Shown: positions 33,591 to 42,037 of the stretch, piece after piece | Numbering within the stretch: the first letter of the stretch is position 1 | Layout: every line of letters starts with the position of its first letter | DNA from: a virus | Lineage: Duplodnaviria; Heunggongvirae; Uroviricota; Caudoviricetes | Virus record (IMG/VR): IMGVR_UViG_3300017788_000010 | Length of the DNA: 43,248 nucleotides | Direction: 5' to 3' (one strand) | Made by a program: the position numbers and the translations under genes | The notes under the pieces: model-generated | The model's input: the letters and a program-made list of their open reading frames with translations, nothing else | Database searches by the model: none | Told to the model about the DNA's origin: nothing

Positions 33591-34095
33591 CGATATCGTT
33601 CACCATACCGTCCCACATTTCTGTGTGAGATACAGTATAAGCACCGTTCATATTCTCAGCTACCTTGAACTGCATCTTGTTCGAATCGTACTCGGCCTTG
33701 ATTGTCTGGTATATGGCTTCAAGGTTTCTCCAGACAGCATTAGGCTGAACGTTTACGTTACCGGCTGTAAAAGGTATGTCCTGCTTTGCTCGTTTTATGA
33801 TCAACATACGCAAGACTCTGCCAGCAGCCATATCCGTGAGCCACCTTCGTGGACCTTGAAATTTAGGAACTGTCATCAACATGTCAAAATCTAACATGTA
33901 TGATAACATAGGAGGAGCACTGTTCCAATCATCTAATGTATCTACTATGAACCGAGCAATGGTTTCATCCGTCACTTCTTGTCCATCAAAAAGCTCGTTT
34001 GTTTGTACATAATCCTGTAACAACAGACGAACCTGCTGCACCATCTTTAACGGTACATTATATACAAAATCAGATTGGGACGTGGGTATGCTCAT
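33580..34095 (-). CDS. Putative head-to-tail adaptor
   Basis: Helical protein VRLLLQD...NEL...WNSAPP...; near the major capsid gene in a typical adaptor position. Confidence 0.5.
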   Translation of the reverse strand: MSIPTSQSDFVYNVPLKMVQQVRLLLQDYVQTNELFDGQEVTDETIARFIVDTLDDWNSAPPMLSYMLDFDMLMTVPKFQGPRRWLTDMAAGRVLRMLIIKRAKQDIPFTAGNVNVQPNAVWRNLEAIYQTIKAEYDSNKMQFKVAENMNGAYTVSHTEMWDGMVNDIDGY

Positions 34096-34550
34096 TCAGT
34101 TTTCTTAGGGCGCCCACGCGGCTTTTTACTGTCGCTCGCTTCTACAACCTCTGTCGGCGGCGTCTCAGTATTAGCGGCGACCTGCGGTACAGGCGCTTCG
34201 TCAGCCAGTATCACATCCAGAACAGCCTGTTGCTGTTTTTGTTCTTCTGTAAGTTCTTCCCGCACCTCTATCTTAACAATATTACCTAACGTAGCCACAA
34301 CAGAGATACCTGTTGCTTTGGCTAGCGGACGCTTGAAGTGCGGGTACTTGTGGATAAAGGTATCCAAATCCACGGCAGAGCCTACGTGCTCGACCTCCGA
34401 GGTATTTGGATTAGCAATGACCATGTGCTCCAGGGCGCTAGACGAGAACGTCGCCGCCACACTGTCCTGAACAATACGATCACGGCCAGGCTGTATACCG
34501 CCGCGGCACTTTGTAAAAACATAAGGTCCAAACCAGAATACTCTTTTCAT
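34092..34550 (-). CDS. Hypothetical protein with C-terminal AT-hook
   Basis: Ends in KKPRGRPKKTE after an acidic linker; RBS GGAG. Confidence 0.6.
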   Translation of the reverse strand: MKRVFWFGPYVFTKCRGGIQPGRDRIVQDSVAATFSSSALEHMVIANPNTSEVEHVGSAVDLDTFIHKYPHFKRPLAKATGISVVATLGNIVKIEVREELTEEQKQQQAVLDVILADEAPVPQVAANTETPPTEVVEASDSKKPRGRPKKTE

Positions 34551-34562
34551 GATAGCTCCAGT

Positions 34563-34598
34563 AAAAAGGCCCAGGATATTTAATTATACCCTGGGCCT
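34563..34598 (-). terminator. Terminator after the major capsid gene
   Basis: On the - strand: AGGCCCAGG-GTATAATTAAATAT-CCTGGGCCT-TTTT, about 20 nt after the MCP stop. Confidence 0.75.
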
Positions 34599-34618
34599 CC
34601 ATGAAAACTAGCTAAAGA

Positions 34619-35911
34619 TCAAGCAACCGGCGACGTTGACGGAAGCTTTCCGCTCTCCAACGGGCGGTTGGTTAGGCGGAACGTACCGACGTTACCAATG
34701 ACGCTGTTGTGGTTAATGGTATCATTCTGCGTGTCCTGCCAAATGTTCGGCAGCGTGATGCTGGCGTTCTGCAGAAGCAGTAGACCAACACCCTTGATGT
34801 TACCGAAACCCACACCGCAATCTTCCCAAGCTTCCATTTCGATCATGCGGCCTACCTTATTGATCCAGAACTTAGTGTTCTCTAGGATCAGGTAGCGGCC
34901 CAGGAATTCCGGGGCCGGGAAGGTGAAGATCTGACCAGGCTGCACGATATCGGGATTATCGCGGACAGTGGTCACAAATGTGTACCCACCGACAGTGGTG
35001 TACTTGTAACCGTCGCGCACGATCTCTCCGGTTATCTGGAGACCTGCTTCAGAATCCATCCAGCCGACAGTATCGTTCCAATCGTACTCGTGGAGCAAGA
35101 AGACTCGCGCCTTCATCTCACGAGCAGATTGAATCTTGATGGCGTCACGCAGCGCGGTTCTTGTGAACGATGTCTCCTGCGAGAGGATAATGTTCGAGAA
35201 CTGCGCTGTCGCCAGGTTAGCGTTCACAGGGGCAGAAGTTTCCCAAGCATTGTACGTGTCGGTCTGCAAGCCGCCGAGCGCTTCTTTATCCGCCACCTTT
35301 TTTGAGTACAGGTACGAGGCGAACTGCTCTTTTGAAGCGAAGTTCTTACCTGTACCAGAACCGGTTAATGTGGGTAAGCTAAAGACGCCGTTAGAGGCGT
35401 TCACAACCAGGCCGCGATCCACCAGGTCATTCATGCGCACGCGGGTAGCGAGCATCAGAGCGACCTTGACGTGATCCATGAAGGTCTTGTCGACCTGCTC
35501 CTGGATGTCCTTAACCGTGTTCTGCTCGATGACCTTAGTCAGCGGCATACGGTACGAACGAAGTTCCTGCTCAGACTTTTGGAACTTGTCCGAAGACACG
35601 GTACCCATACGGATCTCGTATCTCTTTGCCTGGATATAGGTCTTCTCAGGCTCGCCACGCCAGTTAAGGCGCATGGCTAACGAATCCGGCTCGATGTCGT
35701 CGATGTACGACAGACCTTCGTCAGAAACGTTTCTCGTTAGTTCAGCTTCGGTGACGGTCTGAGGAGGTAGAATCTTTCGGCAGAAAGAATTCTCGCGAAG
35801 TTTATCTTGGATATAGAGGCCAGTGACTTCACCAACCTTCTCAAGAGCTTCGCCACCTCGGTTCAGGGCCTCACCAAAAAGCGAATTAAACTCACTTGCA
35901 TCAATCTTCAT
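34619..35911 (-). CDS. Major capsid protein (presumed HK97 fold)
   Basis: 430 aa between the decoration/scaffold/protease genes and the neck genes. YIQDKLRENSFCRKILPP, KFQKSEQELRSY, NTVKDIQEQVD.TF and PEFLGRYLIL..TKFWI.K...MEAWED; strong terminator downstream. Confidence 0.8.
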   Translation of the reverse strand: MKIDASEFNSLFGEALNRGGEALEKVGEVTGLYIQDKLRENSFCRKILPPQTVTEAELTRNVSDEGLSYIDDIEPDSLAMRLNWRGEPEKTYIQAKRYEIRMGTVSSDKFQKSEQELRSYRMPLTKVIEQNTVKDIQEQVDKTFMDHVKVALMLATRVRMNDLVDRGLVVNASNGVFSLPTLTGSGTGKNFASKEQFASYLYSKKVADKEALGGLQTDTYNAWETSAPVNANLATAQFSNIILSQETSFTRTALRDAIKIQSAREMKARVFLLHEYDWNDTVGWMDSEAGLQITGEIVRDGYKYTTVGGYTFVTTVRDNPDIVQPGQIFTFPAPEFLGRYLILENTKFWINKVGRMIEMEAWEDCGVGFGNIKGVGLLLLQNASITLPNIWQDTQNDTINHNSVIGNVGTFRLTNRPLESGKLPSTSPVA

Positions 35912-35959
35912 GTGGTAATTCCTTTTTGATTTCCAAATAAACCTAGAATGACAATACAG

Positions 35960-35983
35960 AAGGGCGCCCGTTAGAGCGCCCTT
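35960..35983. other. GC-rich hairpin in the MCP leader
   Basis: AAGGGCGC-(8 nt)-GCGCCCTT is a perfect 8-bp stem between the decoration gene and MCP. Confidence 0.55.
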
Positions 35984-35989
35984 GAAAAA

Positions 35990-36529
35990 TCAAGACGCGA
36001 CGACGACGGTAGGTACCGAATTAAACAGGAAGTGCGCACGGCCATTGTAGTGGCGGTAAACAATCCCGTGGTACTTACGATTCGGTGCCGGCGATAGACC
36101 GCGCCACTTAGCACCGTCTGTCGACACCGCGACAACCGAACCGATGGCGGGTAGCACGCCGGCCGCTGCCTTACCCACGCCCCACATCGAGGCCGGCAAA
36201 CCAATGTCGACGCCGTTACCAACGATTACCGCGAGACCGCCGCTAGCGACATTAACGCTAGGCGCAGTCGGGTCTATCGGGTCGCGTTGGATGAACGAAA
36301 CGTCCGAGCGTGTCGAGTCCACCCAGTTAAGAAATACCGGGCGCACCGTAACGGCCGCCGGGCTAAATGTAGCAGCCGTCGCAGGAGCAGCAGCGCCGCC
36401 GCTGGTCGCGTCGATCACGATGGGGGCGCCTTCCGCGTACACATCCGTAGTAGCCAAAGCTACTTTCTGGATATTTACAGCAGAAAGCTTGCTGTTAACA
36501 GTGACATTACCTTGTGTTTTACGAACCAT
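35990..36529 (-). CDS. Putative capsid decoration/stabilising protein
   Basis: 179 aa, Ala/Gly/Val-rich, immediately upstream of MCP; one QKVAL motif near the N-terminus. Confidence 0.55.
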   Translation of the reverse strand: MVRKTQGNVTVNSKLSAVNIQKVALATTDVYAEGAPIVIDATSGGAAAPATAATFSPAAVTVRPVFLNWVDSTRSDVSFIQRDPIDPTAPSVNVASGGLAVIVGNGVDIGLPASMWGVGKAAAGVLPAIGSVVAVSTDGAKWRGLSPAPNRKYHGIVYRHYNGRAHFLFNSVPTVVVAS

Positions 36530-36531
36530 AT

Positions 36532-36906
36532 TTAATTATCCTCAATAATCAGTTTTACGCGAGAAGCTAAAGCGTCTTCCGGAGAAGAGGCCGACCCGGA
36601 ATCCTCGCGCGAAGATCCCAGGTCTGTTACGGAGCCTATAGTATAAGATTCGTTATATCCAGATAATGCAGCGGCTTGTTTTATTAGCTGAGCCTTTTCG
36701 GGCGCGGCCTGAAACTCTGCTAACTTATCTAGTGCATCGACAGGATCGATCAGCCCCTCCGCTACAAGCTCCAAAACATCCTTAGCTGCCTTATGCGCTG
36801 CATTTAGCTGAACCAGTTCTGCACTAGTCTTCACTATATCAGACTGAAGGCGAGCTAAGGTGTTCCTAGCCTGCAACAAAAGATAAGCTGTCTTAGTCAA
36901 TCCCAT
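36532..36906 (-). CDS. Scaffold-like coiled-coil protein (KxA motifs)
   Basis: Helical; TKTAY, HKAAK, DKLAE, IKQAA. Confidence 0.6.
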   Translation of the reverse strand: MGLTKTAYLLLQARNTLARLQSDIVKTSAELVQLNAAHKAAKDVLELVAEGLIDPVDALDKLAEFQAAPEKAQLIKQAAALSGYNESYTIGSVTDLGSSREDSGSASSPEDALASRVKLIIEDN

Positions 36907-36907
36907 C

Positions 36908-37117
36908 TTACGCTAATATATCTAATGCGGCTAATACTTTGGCTATGGCTACTTTGCTTGCGCGTTTCTCCATAGATCCTTCAATTTCTTTATCGATTTC
37001 GGCTATAAGCGCATCTACGGACTGCGCCTCTTCGGCGGCTTCTTCAGAGGCTGTTTTTTCAATCTCTTCTTTAGCAGAAGCTGCTTTTATCAACGCCTCT
37101 AAATCAGAGTACAGCAT
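36908..37117 (-). CDS. Small acidic scaffold-like protein (KxA motifs)
   Basis: RBS AGGAGG; IKAAS, EKTAS, EKRAS and SKVAI in 69 aa. Confidence 0.65.
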   Translation of the reverse strand: MLYSDLEALIKAASAKEEIEKTASEEAAEEAQSVDALIAEIDKEIEGSMEKRASKVAIAKVLAALDILA

Positions 37118-37133
37118 GACTACCTCCTAAGAA

Positions 37134-37577
37134 TCAACCTTGTCTGGAGACGAGTTCCTGGGCAACAAGACGTCCCAGCTCTTCCGCCTCCGCTTCCGGC
37201 ATATTTTCTAGAGCTTCTTTGGTGAGGCCCAGCTCAGCTAGAAGCTCTCCAGCGGCCTGTCCAAGTTCGGCAGCGGCCTGCTTATCCATAGCGCCTTCAT
37301 CAGCTGTCGAGGCATCGGCCGCGCCCTCACCGGCGGCGTCCTCTGTCTCCAGCCCTTCGAGCGCGTCCTCTACCATAGCTACGCCGAGATCCAGTAGCTG
37401 CGAATCGTCCATCTGCGGCAACTGGCCGGCTTCCTGGGCCTGCTTAACGAGGTCGAAAGCCTCGTCCAGAAGCTCGACGCGAACATCGTCTTCTCCCCAG
37501 GCTTCTTGAAGCGAGGCGAGCTTTGATTCAAACTCGGCCTGCTTTACTAATTCAAATGTTTCTGCTAGCGATGCCAT
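37134..37577 (-). CDS. Acidic scaffold-like protein (KxA motifs)
   Basis: RBS AGGAG; very E/A/D-rich; VKQAE, SKLAS, VKQAQ, DKQAA. Confidence 0.65.
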   Translation of the reverse strand: MASLAETFELVKQAEFESKLASLQEAWGEDDVRVELLDEAFDLVKQAQEAGQLPQMDDSQLLDLGVAMVEDALEGLETEDAAGEGAADASTADEGAMDKQAAAELGQAAGELLAELGLTKEALENMPEAEAEELGRLVAQELVSRQG

Positions 37578-37594
37578 GTGTATGTACTCCTGTA

Positions 37595-37984
37595 TTAGGT
37601 TAGCGGTTTGGCTTTGTTGACTACGCCCTTAGCGCCAGAGATGGCCTCAGCTTCCGCGCGAACGGACGAGTTGTCTCCAACACCCTTGTGGCTGTTGAGG
37701 TTATCAATTTTGCGAGCGACTGATTGCCACTTGCTCTCGCGGTGCATACCACCACCAGCCGCTGGAACGCCAGAACCGGCCAGCTTCTCGATCAGACGGT
37801 CGGCAAAGCCTTCGGCGAAGAGCTGTCCACCAGCATAGAGCTCGCTGGCTAGCTTTTCGATCGACCCGTCTTCTTGTTTCACTTCTGTAGCGGGAGCTGC
37901 CGAGGCTACTTTCTCGACTTCAGCAGTTGCTTCCGCGCCAGAGTTTTTGCTCAGCTGAGCAAATAAAGCCTCGACGTTTAACAT
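37595..37984 (-). CDS. Scaffold/internal head protein (KxA motifs)
   Basis: RBS GGAG; EKVAS, EKLAS, EKLAG. Confidence 0.65.
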   Translation of the reverse strand: MLNVEALFAQLSKNSGAEATAEVEKVASAAPATEVKQEDGSIEKLASELYAGGQLFAEGFADRLIEKLAGSGVPAAGGGMHRESKWQSVARKIDNLNSHKGVGDNSSVRAEAEAISGAKGVVNKAKPLT

Positions 37985-39354
37985 AGGTAATTACTCCGTA
38001 AAAAATGTGAACAAACAATGAAAGGAAGCCACACCGGGCTCCTTGTTTCTGCAGATTTAATCAACGACGACTCCAGCGCTGTGCTGTCGACAGTAAGGCG
38101 GATTGTCGGATTTGTTTCTAGCATATGTGTGAGGGCATTGAAATCTACCCTACTAAGCACTTCAGCAAACTTATGGCTGCAGGCAGACTTCGTAAGTCTA
38201 GACACCTTATTGTTCCTGAACGCTCTTTTACTAAAGTGCGGGTCCAGTAAAGACCTATCAGGAACCGAGGGTCCTAGAATTACTATAAGTTTGCGATTAG
38301 GATTGACAAGATCAAGTTTATCCGGAATGTTTTCCGGATTCTTGTCTGCTATAACATCTACTTCTTTAGCTGTAGGCAGCATGCCCAGCATTAGCATAGT
38401 ACGGAGCAGCTCTCCTGGGCCATGTGTTTTTGCCAGGTTTCTGAGCTGCGGATCGGGCAGGCTATTCTCATCACAAAGAGCTTGTGGGGCTTTTGATTGA
38501 ATAAACGAGAGTAGTCTGGGATCAACCGGGGCCGGGCCTAGGTTAGCCGGCTTTTCCTTAACGACCTCTCTTTTTTCTATTGTAGCCTGTTTGGCAACAC
38601 CGGCGGAGGCTACTTTTCTTAGCATCCAAGCGCTCTTGTCTGCTGGTACGCCTACTTTTGATATGTCAAAAAATACAGGGAAGTAGTTATACGAGAAGAC
38701 TTTTCTTCCATCAGGAAGAACCTGGCGTAGCTGGGTTGCTAGGTGTGGGCAGTATTCAGAGCGGCTGCGTGCTATGTTAGAGCACACACCACATACGTCA
38801 AATTTGAGGCGGGCACCCATTGACCACGGTATAGCTGCACCATCGTCAATCATCTGAACGATGTCCGGTGCTCTATCTTTGTACACAAATAAGATGAGCT
38901 CGACTCGATGCATCCGATCATTGTAGGCCTGAGCAATAACGTCGCCGCAAGCTATAAGCGGGTCTTTGTTTACGTGATTGACGTAAACCTTAGCTGTTGT
39001 AGTGAACGTCGGCGCCCCATATGATCCGGTAGTAGGGATACAAAAATCAGGTAACTTCTCTTTTACTTTAGTGTCAATGAGTGTAATGACGTCTTTTGGC
39101 GGCGGAAGGCTTTTTAAGCCCCACTCAGGAAAAGCATCCCCGTTGGCATTCGATCCCCAAATCTCGTACGCGCCCAACGCGTTTATGAGCACGTACCGTC
39201 CCTCAGGCCTGGGTTTTATACTCTCTATTACCGACATAAGCCCTTCAGGCACATACGCGGACGCTACCTTCTCCATGGTGCGGCTATGTATATGTGTATA
39301 TACAGACCCCCATTGGGCCCCCATGGATTCTAGCGATACAAATTTTTCAATCAT
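37978..39354 (-). CDS. Prohead (maturation) serine protease, HK97/assemblin-like, with Zn-finger insertion
   Basis: NANGDAF, VYVNH (His), WSMG (Ser) and FFDISKVGVPAD..A (equivalent to the EVSLV..PA motif of phage prohead proteases); CxxC...CxH after the Ser; upstream of the scaffold and MCP genes. Confidence 0.7.
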   Translation of the reverse strand: MIEKFVSLESMGAQWGSVYTHIHSRTMEKVASAYVPEGLMSVIESIKPRPEGRYVLINALGAYEIWGSNANGDAFPEWGLKSLPPPKDVITLIDTKVKEKLPDFCIPTTGSYGAPTFTTTAKVYVNHVNKDPLIACGDVIAQAYNDRMHRVELILFVYKDRAPDIVQMIDDGAAIPWSMGARLKFDVCGVCSNIARSRSEYCPHLATQLRQVLPDGRKVFSYNYFPVFFDISKVGVPADKSAWMLRKVASAGVAKQATIEKREVVKEKPANLGPAPVDPRLLSFIQSKAPQALCDENSLPDPQLRNLAKTHGPGELLRTMLMLGMLPTAKEVDVIADKNPENIPDKLDLVNPNRKLIVILGPSVPDRSLLDPHFSKRAFRNNKVSRLTKSACSHKFAEVLSRVDFNALTHMLETNPTIRLTVDSTALESSLIKSAETRSPVWLPFIVCSHFLRSNYLC

Positions 39355-39755
39355 TTGGGCTTGAATATTTTCTGAAGCATGAGTTTTTTTCTAGCAACAC
39401 GCCCCGCCAGGCGAAGTTTCGCCGGCAGGGACCTCGCCATTATGCTGGCCGCAGGGCGCACTCCGCCGGCTAGAGAAACGAACTGACGTGTTGCAGGTAT
39501 AATGCCTATACGCGAAGCTGAGTCGTGGGCATCTCCCATCATGCGAGAAGCTGTATCAACCCAGCCCCCAGCAGTTTTTAACATCGCTGTGGCTATTAAC
39601 GACCCATGAACCGGGGTTGTCTTTGATGATTGTACTTTACGCATTTCGGAGCGTGCTCTGGTATTATCACCAGTTATTCTAGGATCGCGGTCTGTGGAGC
39701 CTGTTGAAGAGACACGTACTCGTGAATCCGCATACGTAACAGAGTGCGATGTCAC
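39351..39755 (-). CDS. Hypothetical head-region protein
   Basis: GTG/ATGA-type coupling on both sides; LKTAG motif followed by a basic amphipathic segment. Confidence 0.5.
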   Translation of the reverse strand: MTSHSVTYADSRVRVSSTGSTDRDPRITGDNTRARSEMRKVQSSKTTPVHGSLIATAMLKTAGGWVDTASRMMGDAHDSASRIGIIPATRQFVSLAGGVRPAASIMARSLPAKLRLAGRVARKKLMLQKIFKPK

Positions 39756-40519
39756 GGAGCACGGTTCTTTCTCTTACTCTTAGCCTCTTCACGCGCAGCG
39801 TAGCTAGCATCGTCAAGCTCTTGCTTTCTTCGCAGCGTGTACTCATTCATCTGCTGATCGTATCGATGTTTTTCTGTGGTCTGTGCTCTATTCAGTACAA
39901 TCTCCGCAGCGCGACTAGCCGGTTGAGCTATGGAACTTATAGAATCAGATAGGTTCTGAGCAGACCGCCCCTGTAGACCTAAGAGCTCATTTATTACTTG
40001 AGGGGTTATGGACGCTGGCCCTAGTCTACTAAAGCTATTCATAACATTACCTGCTACAAGAGGGTTCGCCGCTATGTCTGGGGCAAAGTCTTTGAGCAGC
40101 CTAAAATATCTAGGTGTGTTGGGGTCATTCTTGAGACTAGGGTAGTCTTGTAGAATCTGCGTCATAGAGGCAGTTAACTGATTCTGTCTGCGCATTAGTT
40201 GAACGCCTTTAGCTACTGGACCGGCCAATGCCCCGGCTGCCCCGATGGCCGCGAGCACGTTTCCTAGTGTGTTGCTTCTGGAAGGCGGGGCGATTTGGGC
40301 CTCTTTTTCAATCCAATCTAATACGCCTAGCAGCGCCTCAAAATCATCCTCATTATCTATTTCTGAGACTGCTTGTTTTATTAATGACTGAATCGCAGCC
40401 GAGTCATTCTTTGTTTTAGCTAACAGCAGTGCTGAGGCAAACTTACCCAGCTCCTCGCCCTCCGCACTGGAGAGCTCGCCGCCATATACACCGGCATAAT
40501 CTGAAACGAATTTAGTCAT
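39752..40519 (-). CDS. Putative internal head protein with hydrophobic segment
   Basis: GKFAS, IKQAV and EKEAQ, followed by LGNVLAAIGAAGALAGP. Confidence 0.6.
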   Translation of the reverse strand: MTKFVSDYAGVYGGELSSAEGEELGKFASALLLAKTKNDSAAIQSLIKQAVSEIDNEDDFEALLGVLDWIEKEAQIAPPSRSNTLGNVLAAIGAAGALAGPVAKGVQLMRRQNQLTASMTQILQDYPSLKNDPNTPRYFRLLKDFAPDIAANPLVAGNVMNSFSRLGPASITPQVINELLGLQGRSAQNLSDSISSIAQPASRAAEIVLNRAQTTEKHRYDQQMNEYTLRRKQELDDASYAAREEAKSKRKNRAP

Positions 40520-41706
40520 TATACTTTTCCTCTTAGATACTGCGGCAGGTTATTCATTGTTTTATTAGCGTGCGCAGCTGGAACGTAGTTATGTAGAAGG
40601 TTTTCACCGGCTGATTTTAAAGCCGCCCTAGATACAAAATTTAGTCCTTCACCTGCGGCAACACTACCTACAACCTTTGCGCGGTCTTTTTTTGTTAAGC
40701 CTGCGGATTCTTCCGCTAGCTTCGTTATCTCAGGTATACTAGCGTGGGCCATTTTCTTCAAGGAGCCGATATACGCGCGGACCTCTGCGTTATCTTTTAG
40801 CGACCGGGTCTTTAACGTAACCAGGTCTTTGAAGTTATCCAGGTCACGCTTCCTATCAGAGGCGCGGACTGTCTTGGATATCGTCTCGTGTACCTGCTTT
40901 ACTCTTTTGATTATAGGCGCGGCCCCGTTAATGACCGTTACAGACGGGCCCTTTACCGGAGTGTGTCTGCCATCATAATCAACAGCTAGTCTACTTTTTG
41001 AAGCAAGGGGGCCTGTGAAAGGATGCCCTAGTTTCTTCAATTCTGTTTCCAAAGCACCAAAAAGCATGTTCCAGCTGTCTACAGACCCGGGTTCTATAGC
41101 CAGGGCGCATTTATGAAGAGAAGCTAAATCGCCGCCATCATAGGCGATAAACTGCTTCATATCAGAAACAAGCTGACGTAATTCTACAGCCAGCTTATCC
41201 AAAGCGCCGACTCTTTCTGATTCCGCTCTACCAATAGCCGCATCAATCTTTGCGCCGGCTGTTTTAGAAAGGGCCTTTAGCTCCAACCCATTTATCAGAT
41301 CCTTGTGACCATAGGCGTCGGCCATATCAGCGGCCGTCTTTTCTAGATCCGCCTCACCGTAGCCTCTATTAAACGCCTCTATTGTCTGCGCTACTTTCTC
41401 GTGCGCAACGCCACTTGAGCTGGGGGTTTGTAGATGCGCCAGCACATCTTCGAGCTTAGCCACGGCAAAAGTAAACGATTTATCGGACGCGGTCTTGCGC
41501 AGCGTCTCATTTACTTCGTGGTTTGCCATCTCTAAAACACGCTGAATCTGCATCTGGGACAGATTGTTCTTATCCGCCAGCTTAGCAATACTTTCGCTAA
41601 GAACCTTACCTTGGGTCAGGTATTCGGAGGCGGCCGTCTTAGCAAATATGTAAAAGTTGATGGCATTCATAATTTGATTCTTTGTGATCAGATCACTCCC
41701 TATCAT
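40519..41706 (-). CDS. KxA-rich head assembly/internal protein
   Basis: 395 aa (the true start may be ATG 41670); about 11 KxA sites, e.g. AKTAA, RKTAS, EKVAQ, EKTAA, SKTAG, TKLAE. Confidence 0.7.
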   Translation of the reverse strand: MIGSDLITKNQIMNAINFYIFAKTAASEYLTQGKVLSESIAKLADKNNLSQMQIQRVLEMANHEVNETLRKTASDKSFTFAVAKLEDVLAHLQTPSSSGVAHEKVAQTIEAFNRGYGEADLEKTAADMADAYGHKDLINGLELKALSKTAGAKIDAAIGRAESERVGALDKLAVELRQLVSDMKQFIAYDGGDLASLHKCALAIEPGSVDSWNMLFGALETELKKLGHPFTGPLASKSRLAVDYDGRHTPVKGPSVTVINGAAPIIKRVKQVHETISKTVRASDRKRDLDNFKDLVTLKTRSLKDNAEVRAYIGSLKKMAHASIPEITKLAEESAGLTKKDRAKVVGSVAAGEGLNFVSRAALKSAGENLLHNYVPAAHANKTMNNLPQYLRGKV

Positions 41707-41729
41707 TTAGGATAATGTTTAAATGTGAC

Positions 41730-41758
41730 AAAACAATTAAGCGAATACGGCATAAGAT
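41730..41758 (+). promoter_or_regulatory. Putative phage promoter, copy 3 (A-rich-N13-GGCATAAGAT)
   Basis: AAAACA 41730-35, 13 nt, GGCATAAGAT 41749-41758, at the divergent junction before the + strand genes. Confidence 0.55.
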
Positions 41759-41803
41759 ATTTGAATCGCAACTCTTTCCATCAACCCTAACTAGAGGTGT
41801 GTT

Positions 41804-42034
41804 GTGAGCCAGAACAACAAGTTGACAAAACAACAAGAGCGCGCAATCTTGTCCAAGGCCCTAGGCATGACCGTTGACGAAATAGCAAAAGAGGTCGACG
41901 ACGACGGCGCGGTTATGGACAGCGTGCTCGCCGTCGAGCGTGATGAGCCCACAGCTCCAGATATCAAGGGCATGGTAAACCCTGAAGATATCCAGATTAT
42001 GCTACAGGTTGTACTGCTCGGTCGGCTAGAGTAA
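41804..42034 (+). CDS. Small protein with LuxR/sigma-region-4-like HTH start
   Basis: RBS GAGGTG and GTG start. LTKQQERAILSKALGMTVDEIAKEV matches LTxxExxILxxxAxGxTxxEIA. Confidence 0.55.
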   Translation: MSQNNKLTKQQERAILSKALGMTVDEIAKEVDDDGAVMDSVLAVERDEPTAPDIKGMVNPEDIQIMLQVVLLGRLE

Positions 42035-42037
42035 CCG

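Noticed and set aside
33256-33894. 212-aa + strand ORF and similar antisense ORFs in the structural block
   Set aside because: Antisense shadows of Ala/Gly-rich genes; the - strand genes have RBSs, coupling and coherent protein features.
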